NCBI GenBank assembly: GCA_038087875.1
Contig: JAXLNO010001347.1
Coordinates: forward strand, 124,001 to 188,000
Origin: Malacoraja senta
Lineage: Eukaryota
DNA: 64,000 nucleotides
Reading direction: 5' to 3'
Shown here: positions 12,688 to 25,127 of the stretch, piece after piece
Layout of the letters: every line of letters starts with the position of its first letter
Numbering within the stretch: the stretch's first letter is position 1
The notes under the pieces: model-generated
What the model was told of the DNA's origin: nothing
Databases searched by the model: none
What the model saw: only the letters and a program-made list of their open reading frames with translations
Program-made: the position numbers and the translations under genes

Positions 12688-12880
12688 TCTGAAGATAGAC
12701 ACAAAAAGCTGGAGTAACTCAGCAGGACAGGCAGCATCTCTGGAGAGAAGGAATGGGTGACGTTTCGGGTTGAGACCCTTCTTCAATTCTTCTCTCCAGA
12801 GATGCTGCCTGCCCCGCTGAGTTACTCCAGCTTTTTTGTGTCTATCTTCAGTTTAAACCAGTATCTGCAGTTCCTTCGTA
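12688..12880. repeat. Inverted dimer (hairpin) of the short Penelope-derived repeat
   Basis: GAAGATAGACACAAAAAGCTGGAGTAACTCAGC...CTCTGGAGAGAAG is mirrored by CTTCTCTCCAGAG...GCTGAGTTACTCCAGCTTTTTTGTGTCTATCTTC. Confidence 0.9.
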
Positions 12881-13059
12881 CACATTACAATCGATCCATT
12901 TACAATGTATCACAGCAACTGGAGAAAGAATCTCATCCTTTAATCCCATTTTTTTTCCTCAGTCCAACACACTGAACACAATGGAAATTAGCTGACTGAC
13001 CGGAGATGTGTTCTCCATGACTTTGCACAACTCAAGCTGTGGAAGCTCTACAGAGCTGT

Positions 13060-14270
13060 AGATGTTGTGTACATGGATTTCAGAAAGGTATTCGAAAAGG
13101 CTCCGCATGGCAGGCTGCTCTGGAAGATTTGATCACATGAGATCCAAGGAGAGATACCGGAATGGATAACAAATGGCTCCATGGAAGGAAGCAGAGGGTG
13201 ATGGTGGAAGGTTGCTTCACTGATTGGAGGCGTGTGACTAGTGGTGTGACTCGGGGTTCGGTGTTGGGCACGTTACTGTTTGTCATCTACATAATTGATT
13301 TGGATGATATAATGTGGGGCAAGATTAGCAAGGTTGCTGATGATACAAAAGGGAGTGGTTTTGCAGATAGTGAAGATGGTTGTGAACGATTGCAGGTAGA
13401 CAATGGTTGTGAACGATTGCAGCAGGATCTGGATCGATTGGCCAGTGGGCTGAGGAATGGTTGATGGAATTTAATACAGAGAAGTGTGATGTGTTGCTTT
13501 TTGGGACGTCTAACACAGTACATGGTCGGTCTCTGGGGAGTGTTGAGAGGAGAGGGATCTAGGAGTACAAGTTCAAGGTTCCTTAAAGGTCGAGTCACAG
13601 GTAGATAAGGTGGTCAAAAAGGCTTTTGGCACATTGGCCTTCATCAGTCAGAATAATGAGTACAGAAGTTGGGAGGTCATGTTGCAGTGGTATAAGACGT
13701 TGGTGAGAACGCATTGAGAATATTGTGTTCAGTTCTGGGCACCATGTTATAGGAAGTATATTGTCAAGCTTGAAACTGGTCAGAAAATATTTACAAGGAT
13801 GTTGCCAGGACTAGAGGGTGTGAGCTACAGGGAGAGGTTGAGTAGGCTGGGTCTCTATTCCTTGGAGCGCAGGAGGATGAGGGGTGATTTTGTAAGAGGT
13901 ATACAAAACCATGAGAGGAATAGTTCGGGTAGATGCACAGTCTTTTGCCCAGAGTAGGGGTATCGAGGACCAGATGACATAGTTTCAAGGTCAATGGGAT
14001 AAGATTTAATAGGAATCCGAAGGGTAACGTTTTCACACAAAGTGTGGTGGGTGTATGGAACAAGCTCCCAGAGGAGGTAATTGAGGCTGGGACTATCCCC
14101 TCGTTTAAGAAACAGTTAGACATGTACATTAATATGACAGGTTTGGAGGGATATGGACCAAAGGCAGGCAGGTGGGACTAGTGTAGCTGGGACATGTTGG
14201 CCGGTGTGGATTAGTTGGGCCGAAGGGCCTGTTCCCAAACTGTATCACTCTATGACTCCATAACTAAAAG
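13060..14270 (+). mobile_element. Degraded CR1 LINE (RT to 3' end)
   Basis: GSVLGTLLFVIYIIDLD and VADDTK RT motifs, with frameshifts and a (CTATGA)n-like tail. Confidence 0.88.
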
Positions 14271-14808
14271 TCATGGAAGGAAGGAGATAAGTTTCATTGG
14301 AGATGGGTAGTATGATGTGAAAGTGTTCATCGAATGTAAAATTTCTGTTTGCATTCGACTAGGTCAGTTTATCTTGGCATTACATTCGGCATATACATTG
14401 TGGGCCAAAGGGTGAGTTCCTGACCTGTAATATTCTGTATATGATAGACTACAAAGCACACATTCACCCTGCCTGTTCCTGTACCTCTTCTGACTGATCT
14501 GTTGGGCTGAAACTCCAGCCCCAACCTCTTACACAATGTGAGACTTGTGGAATGACAAATACATTTCCATCACTTAGTGACTGGAGTACCTCGGGCACTG
14601 GGCCAAGTGTTTGCTGATAAACTGTCCACTATTGTCTGGGGTCTTGAGTGAACAAGGCACTCTTTCAATACCTTCTCAACTATCTAAAAGATCAAGTAAC
14701 AGGGTGGAACGTAATTAATTCAATTTGAAGTTCATATTTATGTTATAAAATTAAATATGATAAATTTAGATTAATTGCATAAATGTATCTGTCATTGATA
14801 AACTTGAT

Positions 14809-14970
14809 CTGTTCACACCATTTTGAATCACATGCCCCGTTCAAAAATTCCTCCATTCACACCATTCTGAATCACATACCCCATTCAAAAATGTATCCAC
14901 CAGCACCATTCTGAAGCATATACCCATTCAAAAAATTATCCATTCACACAATACTGATTCACATACCAAA
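14809..14970. repeat. 44-bp minisatellite, about 3.7 copies
   Basis: Unit CATTCACACCATTCTGAATCACATACCCCATTCAAAAATGTATC. Confidence 0.85.
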
Positions 14971-16399
14971 TGTGTAGGAAGGAACTGCAGATGCCAGTTT
15001 ACACGGGAGACAGACACAAAATGCTGGAGTAACTCACAGGCAGCATCTCTGGAGAGAAGGAATGGGTGAAATTGTGGGTCGAGATCCTACTTCAGACCAA
15101 GATGTGTTCAGATCCAATAGACTACTTTTAAATTCTGTGCATTCACATTTCCATCCAAATCCCACTGACTCACATTTCAGTCAACATCTCCATTCTCATT
15201 GACAAGCGATTTACACATAGGCCATGATGATTTTTTCCCCAAAGGATCTCAACCCAAAACATCACCCATTCCTTCCATCCAGAGCTGCTGCCTGTGCCTC
15301 TGAGTTACTACGACATTTTGTGTCTATCTTCGGCTGAAACCAGCATCTGCAGTTCCTTTGTTTACATTAAGAATACCTTGGACTTGTTTAGCATGGTTTG
15401 AACTCATTGTTTGAAAGCAGAATTCATTAACATTGTCCAATAGGGAGTATGAGTATTTCTTTAAGTAAATGCCACAATTTGTTTGCTTTTCCTTGTGAAA
15501 GGCTGTGCTTGGTATTGGGTTTCCTGAATTCAACTGTAATCAATATCAGACTGACAGACAAAAAGCCTTGATCTCACCATTAACTATGGAGTAGCATGCA
15601 GTCTAGTTCAGGCTAGGCTGTGATGTCTCCCGGTAAATGGAAATAGCTCTCAAACATACCATGTGCAAACTGATCCTCAAAGTTCGGTCGTGTGAGAAAG
15701 GTATTGTAGAGAGTGTGTCTACTTACAGCTAAAGCAGAACAAGAGGTCAGTGCACTTGTATCAGAGAAATTGATTAAAACATTTTTTAATAACCTACGCC
15801 TTTCCAGAGAATGCCATCTTGTAACAAAAGGCCTGTTATCAATAGATTATGAGAGGTGGCTGTTGATTGAATTGAATTGAATACTTTATTGTCACATGTG
15901 ACAAGTCTCAGTGACATTCTTTGCTTGCACACACAAGGTATGGAAATATTTGCTCATAAAGGGCGTTTACAAAGTTACAAATTCCCGTCCTCCATGCCGG
16001 GTCCTCCTTTGCTCCTTCCCTCAGCAGCGGCGTCCTCAATTCCACGAGTCCGTTCTCATCCATCAGTCGGCACCATCATTGACCGCCACACTGGCCTTTT
16101 CATTAACGCTGCCGGTTCCTCTCCGGACGCCTTCGTGGCACCGACCCAGGCCCCAGCTGCGGGCTCCATTCACTCAGGCAAGAAGTAACTGAGTTATGTG
16201 CAAAGCTATTTTTTTTTCCATATCTCCATTCTCAGTCAGAGAGCCATGGGTCAATATCCCACCAAAGAAACATCAGTGGAATCTAGTGGAATACAGGGTG
16301 TTCTGCAGAGTTTGTGATGCAATTTTACTACCACATGTTAAACCAAAATACTACCAGGCCGGCACAATGGCACAACTGGCAGAGCTGCTCCCTCAGTGC

Positions 16400-16950
16400 T
16401 AGAGAATATTGTGAGCAATTCTGGGCACTATATCTGAGAAAGGATGTGCTGGCTCTGGAGAGGGTCCAGAGGAGGTTTATAACAATGATCCCAGAAATGA
16501 GTAGGTTAACCTATCATGAACATTTGTTAGCACTGGGCCTGTACTCTTTGGAGTTTAATAGAATGAGGGGGGGACCTCATTAAAACCTACAGAATAGTGA
16601 ATGGTTTGGATAGAGTGGATGTGGAGAGGATGTATCCACTAGTGAGAGAGTCTAGGACTGGAGGTCATAGCCTCAGAATTGTAGGACATTTTTTTAGGAA
16701 GATGAGGAGAAATTTCTTAAGGCAGAGGGTGGCAAATCCATGGAATTTGTTGCCACAGAAGGCTGTGGAGGCCGTCAGTGGATATTTTAAAGTCAGAGAT
16801 AGATTCTTGATTGGTACAAGTGTCCGAGGTTATGGGGAGAAGGCAGGAGAATGGGGTGAGGAGGGAGAGATAGATCAGTAATGATTGAATGGTGGAGTGG
16901 ACTAGATGGGCCGAATGGCCTAATTCTACACCCATTCCTTATGACCTGGC
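16400..16950 (+). mobile_element. CR1 LINE 3' fragment
   Basis: EYCEQFWALYLRKDVLALERVQRRF and DRVDVERMYPLV. Confidence 0.85.
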
Positions 16951-18769
16951 CTTGATCCTGCCCTCAAGTACTGTCCGTGTGGAGTTTGCACCTTCCCCCT
17001 GTGACTGCGCTGGCTTCCTCCAGGTGCTCCAGCTTCCTCGTACACCACGTGGTGGCTTGTTGCTTAATCGTCCTCCGTGAAGTCAAAATATGATGCATAA
17101 ATGTGATAACACTCAACTGGTGTGAACGGATGGTCAATGACTGGTGTGGATTCGGTGGGCTGAATGGCCTGATATATATTTCAGCCCTCTAAAAATAATC
17201 CCAAAACGTTATTTAAGGAATACAGGTTAACCCCAGAATCCTCATTGATATTTATCTTGCAGTTGATACCACCGAAGAACACAGATCATCTGTCGCTCAT
17301 CACATTTCCCTTTGAATGAAAATTTAAAGCAGTGTTTGAGAGTGTCAGCTGTGAGGACAGGTTGGACAAACTTAGATCATTTGCTCTTGTGGAGTTGGAA
17401 TATTGTGGAGTTGGAATATATAATTATGAGAGACACAGAGTACAGAGGAGTAAATCTTAAATGATTTTTTACACAGAGAGTGGTGGGTGCTTGGAGCATG
17501 CTGTCAGAGGAAGTAGTGGAAACAGATATGATAGCAATGTTTAAAGGCATTTAAACAGGCATATATGTGGTACTGCTCTATGTTTTATGTTAATTAATAA
17601 ATTGATTTTGACTGTCGCGCCACAGTGGCTCTTTTATTTTTGTGTAAATTATTATCTTTTTTATCAATTTATACTCTGTTTATGGGCCTGTTAGACTGCT
17701 GCATGTAATAATGTAATTGTTCTGTTGTTGGAACATTTAATTAGACATTTCATTAAAGAAGCCTAACTCTCTTGTCTCTTTTGGGTCCTGACATGTGAAC
17801 AGAGAGGAAATGAAGGGGTGTGTGGAAAGGAACAGCAGATCCTGGTTTAAACCAAAGGTAGACACAAAAATCTTGAGTAACTCAGCGGGAAAGGCAGCAG
17901 CTCAGGAGAGAAGGACTGGGTGATGTTTTGGGTCGAGACCCTTCTTCAGTCTGGATAGACCATGTGCAGGAAGATGGGATTAGTTTGTAAAGGCAACATA
18001 GCCAGCACAGACATTGTGATGCTAGGGCTTATCCCTGTGTCATCCTGCTCAATGTTCTTTGTTTATTCATTCAATAGTGTTTACATTTCAAGAAATACTC
18101 AGTGGTTCTAAATGTTTTTGAAATGTTGTGAAAGGTTTTGCAAGAATGAATCTATATATTTTACTTTTTTCTCCTTTTTTCATATTCTGATTTACATTGT
18201 AAAGAATCTCATTGTGTACGCACACAGAAACCAACCAAACAGTATCATACTTCAAGGCCAGAGTTTATGTTGCACTTGAACCTGCAAACACCCTTGTTGG
18301 TATAACTTTATCAGTGTAACCATCTGTTGGCTTGTTACTTATTTGTTTATCGAAGCAGCTTGCTGTTAAATAAAGGTGTTATATTTACCCCAGCTTCTCA
18401 CGATGCAGCAGAGCCCCCCCTTGTCAATCTTTTCCGAGAGTCTCCCTTCTTTATCTCTCTTTCCTTTGCTGCTACATTTGCCTTGATCTCCATTCCCTTT
18501 GTCCTGTTTTCACATCTCACACTTCCTTATCTATACACTTCCTTATCTATCGACCTCCCATTCCCCTGACATCAGCCTGAAGAAGGGTCTCGACCCAAAA
18601 TGTCACCCATTCCTTCTCTTCAGAGATGCTGCCTGTCCCGACGAGTTACTCCAGCATTTTGTGTCTATGTTCTGATTGGATCTCTTGTTGTTTCCTTGCA
18701 TTCTTATTTTGATTTTGTTTATCCATGTGTCATTAAAGTTGTTGGCCTTGCTTGTACTGGATCCCACCC

Positions 18770-20002
18770 CTGGCCCAAGACAAGCAACAAGGCACAATGA
18801 CATAAAAGTTAACATAAACATCCACCACGGCAGATTCCCACATTCCTCACTGTGATGGAAGGCAATAAAGTCCAATCTTCTTTCTTTTTATTCTCCCGCG
18901 GTCGGGGCAGTAGAACCATTGTCGGGGTGATCGAAGCTCCTGCAGCGGGCGGTTGAAGCACCTGTGTCAGGGTGATTGAAGCTCCTGTGTTGGGGTGGTC
19001 AAAGCACCTGCGGCTTGGAGCTCCCGAGGTCGGTCTCTGACCAGAGACCGCGAGCTCCATGATGTTAAATCCGCAAGCACCCACAGTTGGAGCTCCGCGG
19101 TCAATCTCTGGCAAAGGGATCGTGAGCTGCGTGATGGTAACTCCGCAGGCACCCGTGGTGGAGCTGTCAAAAGCCGGTCTCCACCAAAGGCCGCCAACTC
19201 CTGGATGTTAGGCTGCAGTGCGGACCGAGATACGATACAGAAAAAAATCGCATCTCCGTTGAGGTAAGATATTAGAAAAAGTTTCCCCCAACCCCACACC
19301 CCACCCCTCCCCACGTAAAACAAGCTAAAGAACACTGAAAAACATAATTTAATAAAGGGATTGACAACCTTGTTCTGCATAGGAGCCAGGACCCATGTCT
19401 GTGAGTGGATGGAGGGCCACATCTGTCACCATAGTTAATAATTAATCAATTATAGTTTTAAAAAATCGCAACAAAAAGACAATTACCCCTGCGACAAATA
19501 CGACTAAAGTGCAACACTGTGGCCGGAGCGGAATTACTCACCGACCTCGCTGATGCTTTGTTTTCCTCCAGCCCGTCCGCCGCTGGGCTCCCGAAGAAAC
19601 CGCTCCAGCACCGCCTTGTCGAAGCCGCTCTCATCCCGCTGCAGTTTCACACAAGCCGCAGCACCGAGGTGGGGGGGGGGGGGGGGGGTGCTTTCACTCT
19701 GGGTGGTCGGGAGGATGGAAGAGGGGGTGGGAGGGTAGGGACGGAGAGAGAGAGTGTGTCGACAGGTGTTGTGATATGGAATTGGCTGTGTGTGTGTGTG
19801 TGTGTGTGAGAACTACTCTCGGATAAGTGTTGTGTGTGTTTTGTGTTACGCCTGCGTGCCGGATGATTTCGGGTTACAGGCCGGATCCGGCCCGTGGGCC
19901 GTAGGTTGCAAACCCGTGATTTAACACATACTATTAAAACACAAAGAAGGAAGGGACAGACAGACTGTTGGAGAGGCAGCCATTGCTGGCGCCACCCAGT
20001 GG
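18770..20002 (-). mobile_element. Non-autonomous GC-rich retroelement-like repeat, same family as 25380-26231, split by a DNA-transposon fragment
   Basis: Shares AACATCC(A/C)CCAC, GAAGGCA..AAAGTCCA, AAAAGTTTCCCCC and GGACAGACAG blocks with 25380-26231. Confidence 0.55.
19470..19917 (-). mobile_element. hAT/Charlie-like terminal fragment
   Basis: Minus-strand end CACGGGTTTGCAACCTACGGCCCACGGGCCGGATCCGGCC resembles hAT-Charlie termini. The second TIR was not found. Confidence 0.5.
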
Positions 20003-20529
20003 TTGGGTTGGTTAGTTAGTTTGCAGGCGCCACCAACATTGATGGAGTTGCGAACAGTGAAGAAGGCTGTAGTGTACAATGGGAAATACATCAGATACAG
20101 AAATGGGCAGAAAATTGCAAATGGAGTTCATTTTGAGCAAGTATGTTACACTTAGAGTGGTCGAATGTAAAGGAAAAGTATACAGTTATTGGCATGACCC
20201 TTAACAGCATTAATCTACAGAGCGATCTTGGGGTTGAATCTTGGGTTTCTAGAGACAGGAAGTCATAATACAGTTTTATAGGGCTGTGTAGTCCACATTT
20301 GGAGTATTATGTGCAGTTTTTGTTGACCCATTACATTAAGGATGTAGAGGCATTGGAAAGGGTGTAGAGGTTTACAAGAATGATGCCTCAACTAGGGTGT
20401 GTTGGCTACATGAAACAGATGGTCAGATATGGATTGCTTCCGCTAGAATGCCGGAGTTTGATGGGACACCTGATAGAAGTACATAAAACTATGAGAGGTA
20501 TAGATTGGATAGATAGTCAGAACAGGAGC

Positions 20530-20850
20530 AGTCACTGTGGCGCAGCGGTAGAGTTGCTGCTTTACAGCGCTTGCAGCGTGGGAGACCCAGGTTCGATCCC
20601 AACCACGGGTGCTGTATGTATGGAGTTTGTACGTTCTCTCCATGACAGCATGGGTTTTCTCCGAGATCTTCGGTTTCCTCCCACACTCCAAAGATGTACA
20701 GGTATGTAGATTAATTGGCTTGGTGTATGTGTAAATCATCCCTAGTGTGTGTAGGGTAGTGCTAATGCCCAGGGATCACTAGTCAGTGCGGACTCGGTGG
20801 GCCGAAGGGCCTGTTTCCGCGCTGTATCTCTAAACTAAAATAAACTAAAC
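20530..20850 (+). mobile_element. HE1-type SINE inserted in a CR1 remnant
   Basis: A-box, GGTTCGATCC B-box and (CTAAA)n tail; CR1 3' sequence on both sides (about 20030-20525 and 20850-20960). Confidence 0.85.
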
Positions 20851-21869
20851 TTAACATGGAAGGAAACATTGAATACAAGAGGGCATAGCTTTAAGATGAG
20901 AGTTTAAAGGAAATGTGCAGGGCATGTTTTTTCACAGACAGTGATGAATGCCTTGAGGTGTTGGGTCAAAATCTTGCAAAACCCCTAAGCAATAAATTCA
21001 GGGTCACCCAGATTGCAAACACTGATGGAAACAAGCCAATTACCATTTGGTGTAACATTAAACTCACAGTTAAATATTAACAGAAAATAAATATATCAGT
21101 ACATCAAGAAAGTTAATGTTTCATGCTGAATGGGGTGTGGGAATTAGATGACTCGGGAATGGAATTTAGTTTTGTCTGAATATTTAATGTACCAAGTAAA
21201 TACACTTAAGATATCAGCAATCAAGTAATTATTATGTGTTTTCACAATCACCACAATCAGTACAGCACAGGACAGGCCCTTTGGCCCACAATGTCTGTGT
21301 TGAACATGATGCCAAGACCAACTCCTATCTGCCTGCACATAATATACCTCCATTCCCTGCACATCCTACAACAATAAGGGCAACATGGTGATGCAGCACT
21401 GGAGTTGCTGCCTTAAGTGCCACACAGCCGGGTTTGATCTTGACTATGGGTATGTAGGTTAATTGGGTTGGTATAAATGTAAACCTGTTCCAAGTGTGTG
21501 TAGGATAGTGTTAGTGTGCGGGAATTGGTGCGGACCCTGTTTCCACCCTGTATCTCTAAACTAAATAAACTAAATGTGCTAACCAGTCAGTGGAAAGACA
21601 ATACATGATTACAATCGAGCCATCCATAGTGTACAGATATATGATAAAGGGAATAATGTGAATAACGTTTGGTGCAAGATAATGGCAGTAAAGTCCGATT
21701 AAAGATTGTCCGAGGATCTCCAATGCAGGAGACAGTAGTTCAAGACTGCACCCTGGTTGTTGGTAGGATGGTTTCAGTTACCTGATAACAATTGGGAAGA
21801 GACTGTCCCTGAATGTGGAGGTGTGAGTTTTGACAATTGGTTATATGAAGAGTAAAGTTGTTGTTATTC

Positions 21870-22310
21870 CGTTCTGATGAGCGTTTGACGACACTAGGCC
21901 TCTACTCGCTGGAGTTTAGAAGGATGAGGGGGTTACCTCATTGAAACTTACCGAATAGTGAAAGGCCTGGATAGAGTGGATGTTGAGAGGATGTTTCCAC
22001 TAGTGGGAGCATCTCAGCAGAGGGCAAAGCCTCACAATTAAAGCACACTCCTTTAGGAAGGAGATGAGGAGGAATTTCTTTATTCAGAGGGTGGTGAATC
22101 TGTGGAATTCTGCCACAGAAGGCTGTGGAGGCTATCAATGGATATTTTTTTAAGGCAGAGATAGATAGATTCTTGAATAGTACGGGTGTCAGGGGTTATG
22201 GGGAGAAGGCAGGAAAATGGGGTTTGGAGGATAGGATAGATCAGCCATGATAGATGGGACGAATGGCCTAATTCTGTTCCTATCACTTATGATCTTATGA
22301 ACTTATGATA
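21870..22310 (+). mobile_element. CR1 LINE 3' fragment
   Basis: GGCCTCTACTCGCTGGAGTTTAGAAGGATGAGGGG through an (CTTATGA)n tail. Confidence 0.85.
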
Positions 22311-23077
22311 GAGTAAATAGCTGTCTGTAGTATTAACAATGACAAAACAAGTATATAGCTCAGATGTAGCATGCTAACGTCTTGGTAAAACTCATTCAAA
22401 GGTATTTTATTAAATGCTCATAATTCAGAAATGACACTGGTGGATATACAATGAAATTCTCGGTCTGTTGCACATAAAACACTTCCACAGCTATTACACC
22501 ACAGCTTCGATAATGAGTATTGTTACCAGTGATCTGTCGGGTCAACAAAACACAGCCCCCATACATTACCGTGTTCCATAAATATTCACTGGACATGGTA
22601 CTGGGATGTTGTCTATGTGGAGTTTGCATGTTCTCCCTGTGACCACGTGGGATTTCTCCCGGTGCTCCGGTTTCCTCGCACATCTCAATGATGTACAGGT
22701 TTGTAGGTGAGTTGGCCTTTGTAAAATTGCCCTAGTGTATCGAAAGAGGATGTGAAAGAGGGATAACATAGAACTGGTGTGCAAGATGGATGGTATCAAC
22801 TCGATGAGCTGAAGGCTCTGCATCCATGCTCTATCACTCAACTAAACTAAGCAATATTATGTAAGCTGTGGTGTAGAGCATGGTTCGTATTGAAAACAAA
22901 GATCCTTGTTGACTTGCCCATCAAATACTTGAAGCACTGAGTGAAGCAGTAAATGCAAAGTCAATTACTTCTCCACTACACCATCAGGTATGTGAACAAG
23001 GAATGCAGCTTACAGTATGTGACAAAGAGAAGTGGCAAAATAACTAGGAAGAAACTGCAGATGCAGGTTTAAACCGA

Positions 23078-23225
23078 AGATAGGCTCAAAAAGCTGGAGT
23101 AACTCAGTGGGTCAAACAGCATTTCTGGAGTCTGAAGAAGGATCTCGACCCGAAATGTCACCTATGTCTTGTATCCAGAGATGCTGTCTGATCCGGTGAG
23201 TTTCTCCAGCTTTTTGTGTCTATCT
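23078..23225 (+). repeat. Hairpin element with a hammerhead-like core between complementary arms
   Basis: Left arm 23078-23130 pairs with right arm 23175-23225. The core CTGAAGA-A-GGATCTCGACCC-GAAAT-GTC lies at 23132-23159. Confidence 0.7.
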
Positions 23226-23675
23226 CTGGCAAGATATGTATATGATGTTTGAGAGGCTTTTAGATTGACAAACTGATCTGCAGGAAATAGAGGGATATGT
23301 ATCATGTTGCAGCTGGATGGGATCAGTTTAGCATCTCATCATGTTCACCACAGACATTGTGGGCCAAAGGGCCTCTTCCTGAGATGAACATTTTAATGTT
23401 TTATATAAAATAAGATTAGTAATCAGCTGTAAGCCCCCTTGAACAGACTGCATCATTCAATAACATTACGTCCAATCTGATTTCGATCAGTTTACTGCAT
23501 TATTTCTGCAATCTTTGATTCATTTCTGATCTAAAAGTCTCTATATCTCAACCTGGAAAATACTCAATGACCATGTCTTCACAGCTGGAATAGAAAGTTC
23601 AGGCAAATCATACACCTCCTGGAAAATAAATCTTCTTCGTAGCTATTTTAATGAAGAACCTGGCAAGGGAGGACT

Positions 23676-23835
23676 GCCGAGAACAAAGAGGGTCTCGGGG
23701 TTGGGGGGGGCTGATAATACAGGTGAACCCAACATGGAGCGGCTGCCGAGAACAAAGATGGTCCCGGGGTTGGGGGGCCGTTGATAACACAGGTGAACCC
23801 AACATGGAGGTACTGCCGAGAACAAAGAGGGACCA
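23676..23835. repeat. Tandem repeat of about 68-70 bp (2.3 copies)
   Basis: CTGCCGAGAACAAAGA recurs at about 23676, 23743 and 23813, with CAGGTGAACCCAACATGGAG twice. Confidence 0.85.
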
Positions 23836-23900
23836 TTGGGGACTGTAATGATTACTTTGTAACTGTGTCGACACCCTATACACGGCGACTCTTTGTATAC

Positions 23901-24230
23901 CAGGACGACAGATGGCGCAATGGGCTAAGTGTTCGGCTGGCAACCGGAAGGTAGCCGGTTCGAATCCCGCTTGGAGTGCATACTGTTGTTGTGTCCTTGG
24001 GCAAGACACTTCACCCACCTTTGCCTGTGTGTGAGTGATTGGTGGTGGTTGGAGGGGCCGTAGGCGCAAATTAGCAGCCACGCTTCCGTCAGTCTGCCCC
24101 AGGGCAGCTGTGGCTACAGAAGTAGCTTACCACCACCGAGTGTGACTGAGGAGTGAATGAATAATGCGATGTAAAGCGCCTTGGATATTAGAAAGGCGCT
24201 ATATAAATCCAATCCATTATTATTATTATT
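23901..24230 (+). mobile_element. tRNA-derived SINE of a second family (CORE-like body, L2-type tail)
   Basis: A-box TGGCGCAATGG at 23913, B-box GGTTCGAATCC at 23957, GTGTCCTTGGGCAAGACACTT, and a tail TGTAAAGCGCCTTGG...AAAGGCGCTATATAAAT plus (ATT)n. Confidence 0.85.
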
Positions 24231-24439
24231 ACCTTGTGTATGTTATGCAAAACAAAGAATTTCACTGTGACATGACACATATGGTAATAAAGTATCAATC
24301 AATCAAATGGGCGACCTTTTATTCCAAAATGTGGCGCAATGTATGACTTTGGAATCACAGGGTAACTGCAGCTAAGACAGCACTTAAAAAATTAATGGCT
24401 GAATGTAAAGCCATCAGTCAGCATTGATACAATAAAGAG

Positions 24440-24925
24440 CATAGAACATAGAACAGTACAGCACAAGAACAGGCCCTTTGACCCACAATGTTTGTGCCGA
24501 ACATGATGCCAAGACCAATTGTTATCTGCTTGAACATAATCCATATCCATGCATTCCCTGCATATACATGTGCCTATCTAAAAGTCTCTTAAATGCCACT
24601 ATCATATCTGCTTCCACCACCACCCCCGGCAGCACATTCCAGTCACTCACCACCCTTGGCGTAAAACACTTGTCCTGCACATCTTTTTTAAACTTTGCCA
24701 CTCATTGTAAAGCTATACCTGCTCTTGTTTGATATTTCCTTCCTGGGTAAAAAGTCTGATGGTCTACCCTATCTCTACTCCTCCCAGTTTGATATATTAC
24801 TGTCAGGTCTCCCCTCAATCCCCGACATTCCAGAGAAAACAATCCAACTGTCCAGTCTGTCCAACTTCTCCCTGTGGCTAATACCCCACTAATCCAGGCA
24901 TCATTCCGGTAGACCTCTGCATCCC
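24440..24925 (-). mobile_element. Old CR1 3' fragment overlapping the class I stop codon
   Basis: Minus strand GCAGAGGTCTACCGGAATGATGCCTGGATTAG...TTGTTTTCTCTGGAATGTCGG matches the CR1 3' region; compare GTAGAGGTTTACAAGAATGATGCC at about 20364. Confidence 0.75.
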
Positions 24926-25127
24926 AATGGAAGTTGATTGTGCTTCATGGTCACTGCAGTCGTCTCCTGGTCTCTGCTGTTGTCAGCTGGTCCCTGTTCA
25001 TTGAAAGGTTTTATCTTTTTCCTCTTCTTCCAGCAACCAATTCCAAGGATGATCCCCAGGAGAATGAGAGGAACGATTACAGCTCCAGTCACGATCCTAA
25101 TCTTTATATCTTCTTTCGCTGCCATCT
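24901..25127 (-). CDS. Class I exon 5: connecting peptide, transmembrane segment and cytoplasmic tail
   Basis: CCAACAG acceptor; EMAAKEDIKIR-IVTGAVIVPLILLGIILGIGCW-KKRKK...GLPE*. The TM segment is followed by a basic stop-transfer stretch. Confidence 0.85.

Noticed and set aside
23901-23975. tRNA gene
   Set aside because: A and B boxes continue into a SINE body and tail, and no acceptor stem is evident. The HE1 heads are the same case.
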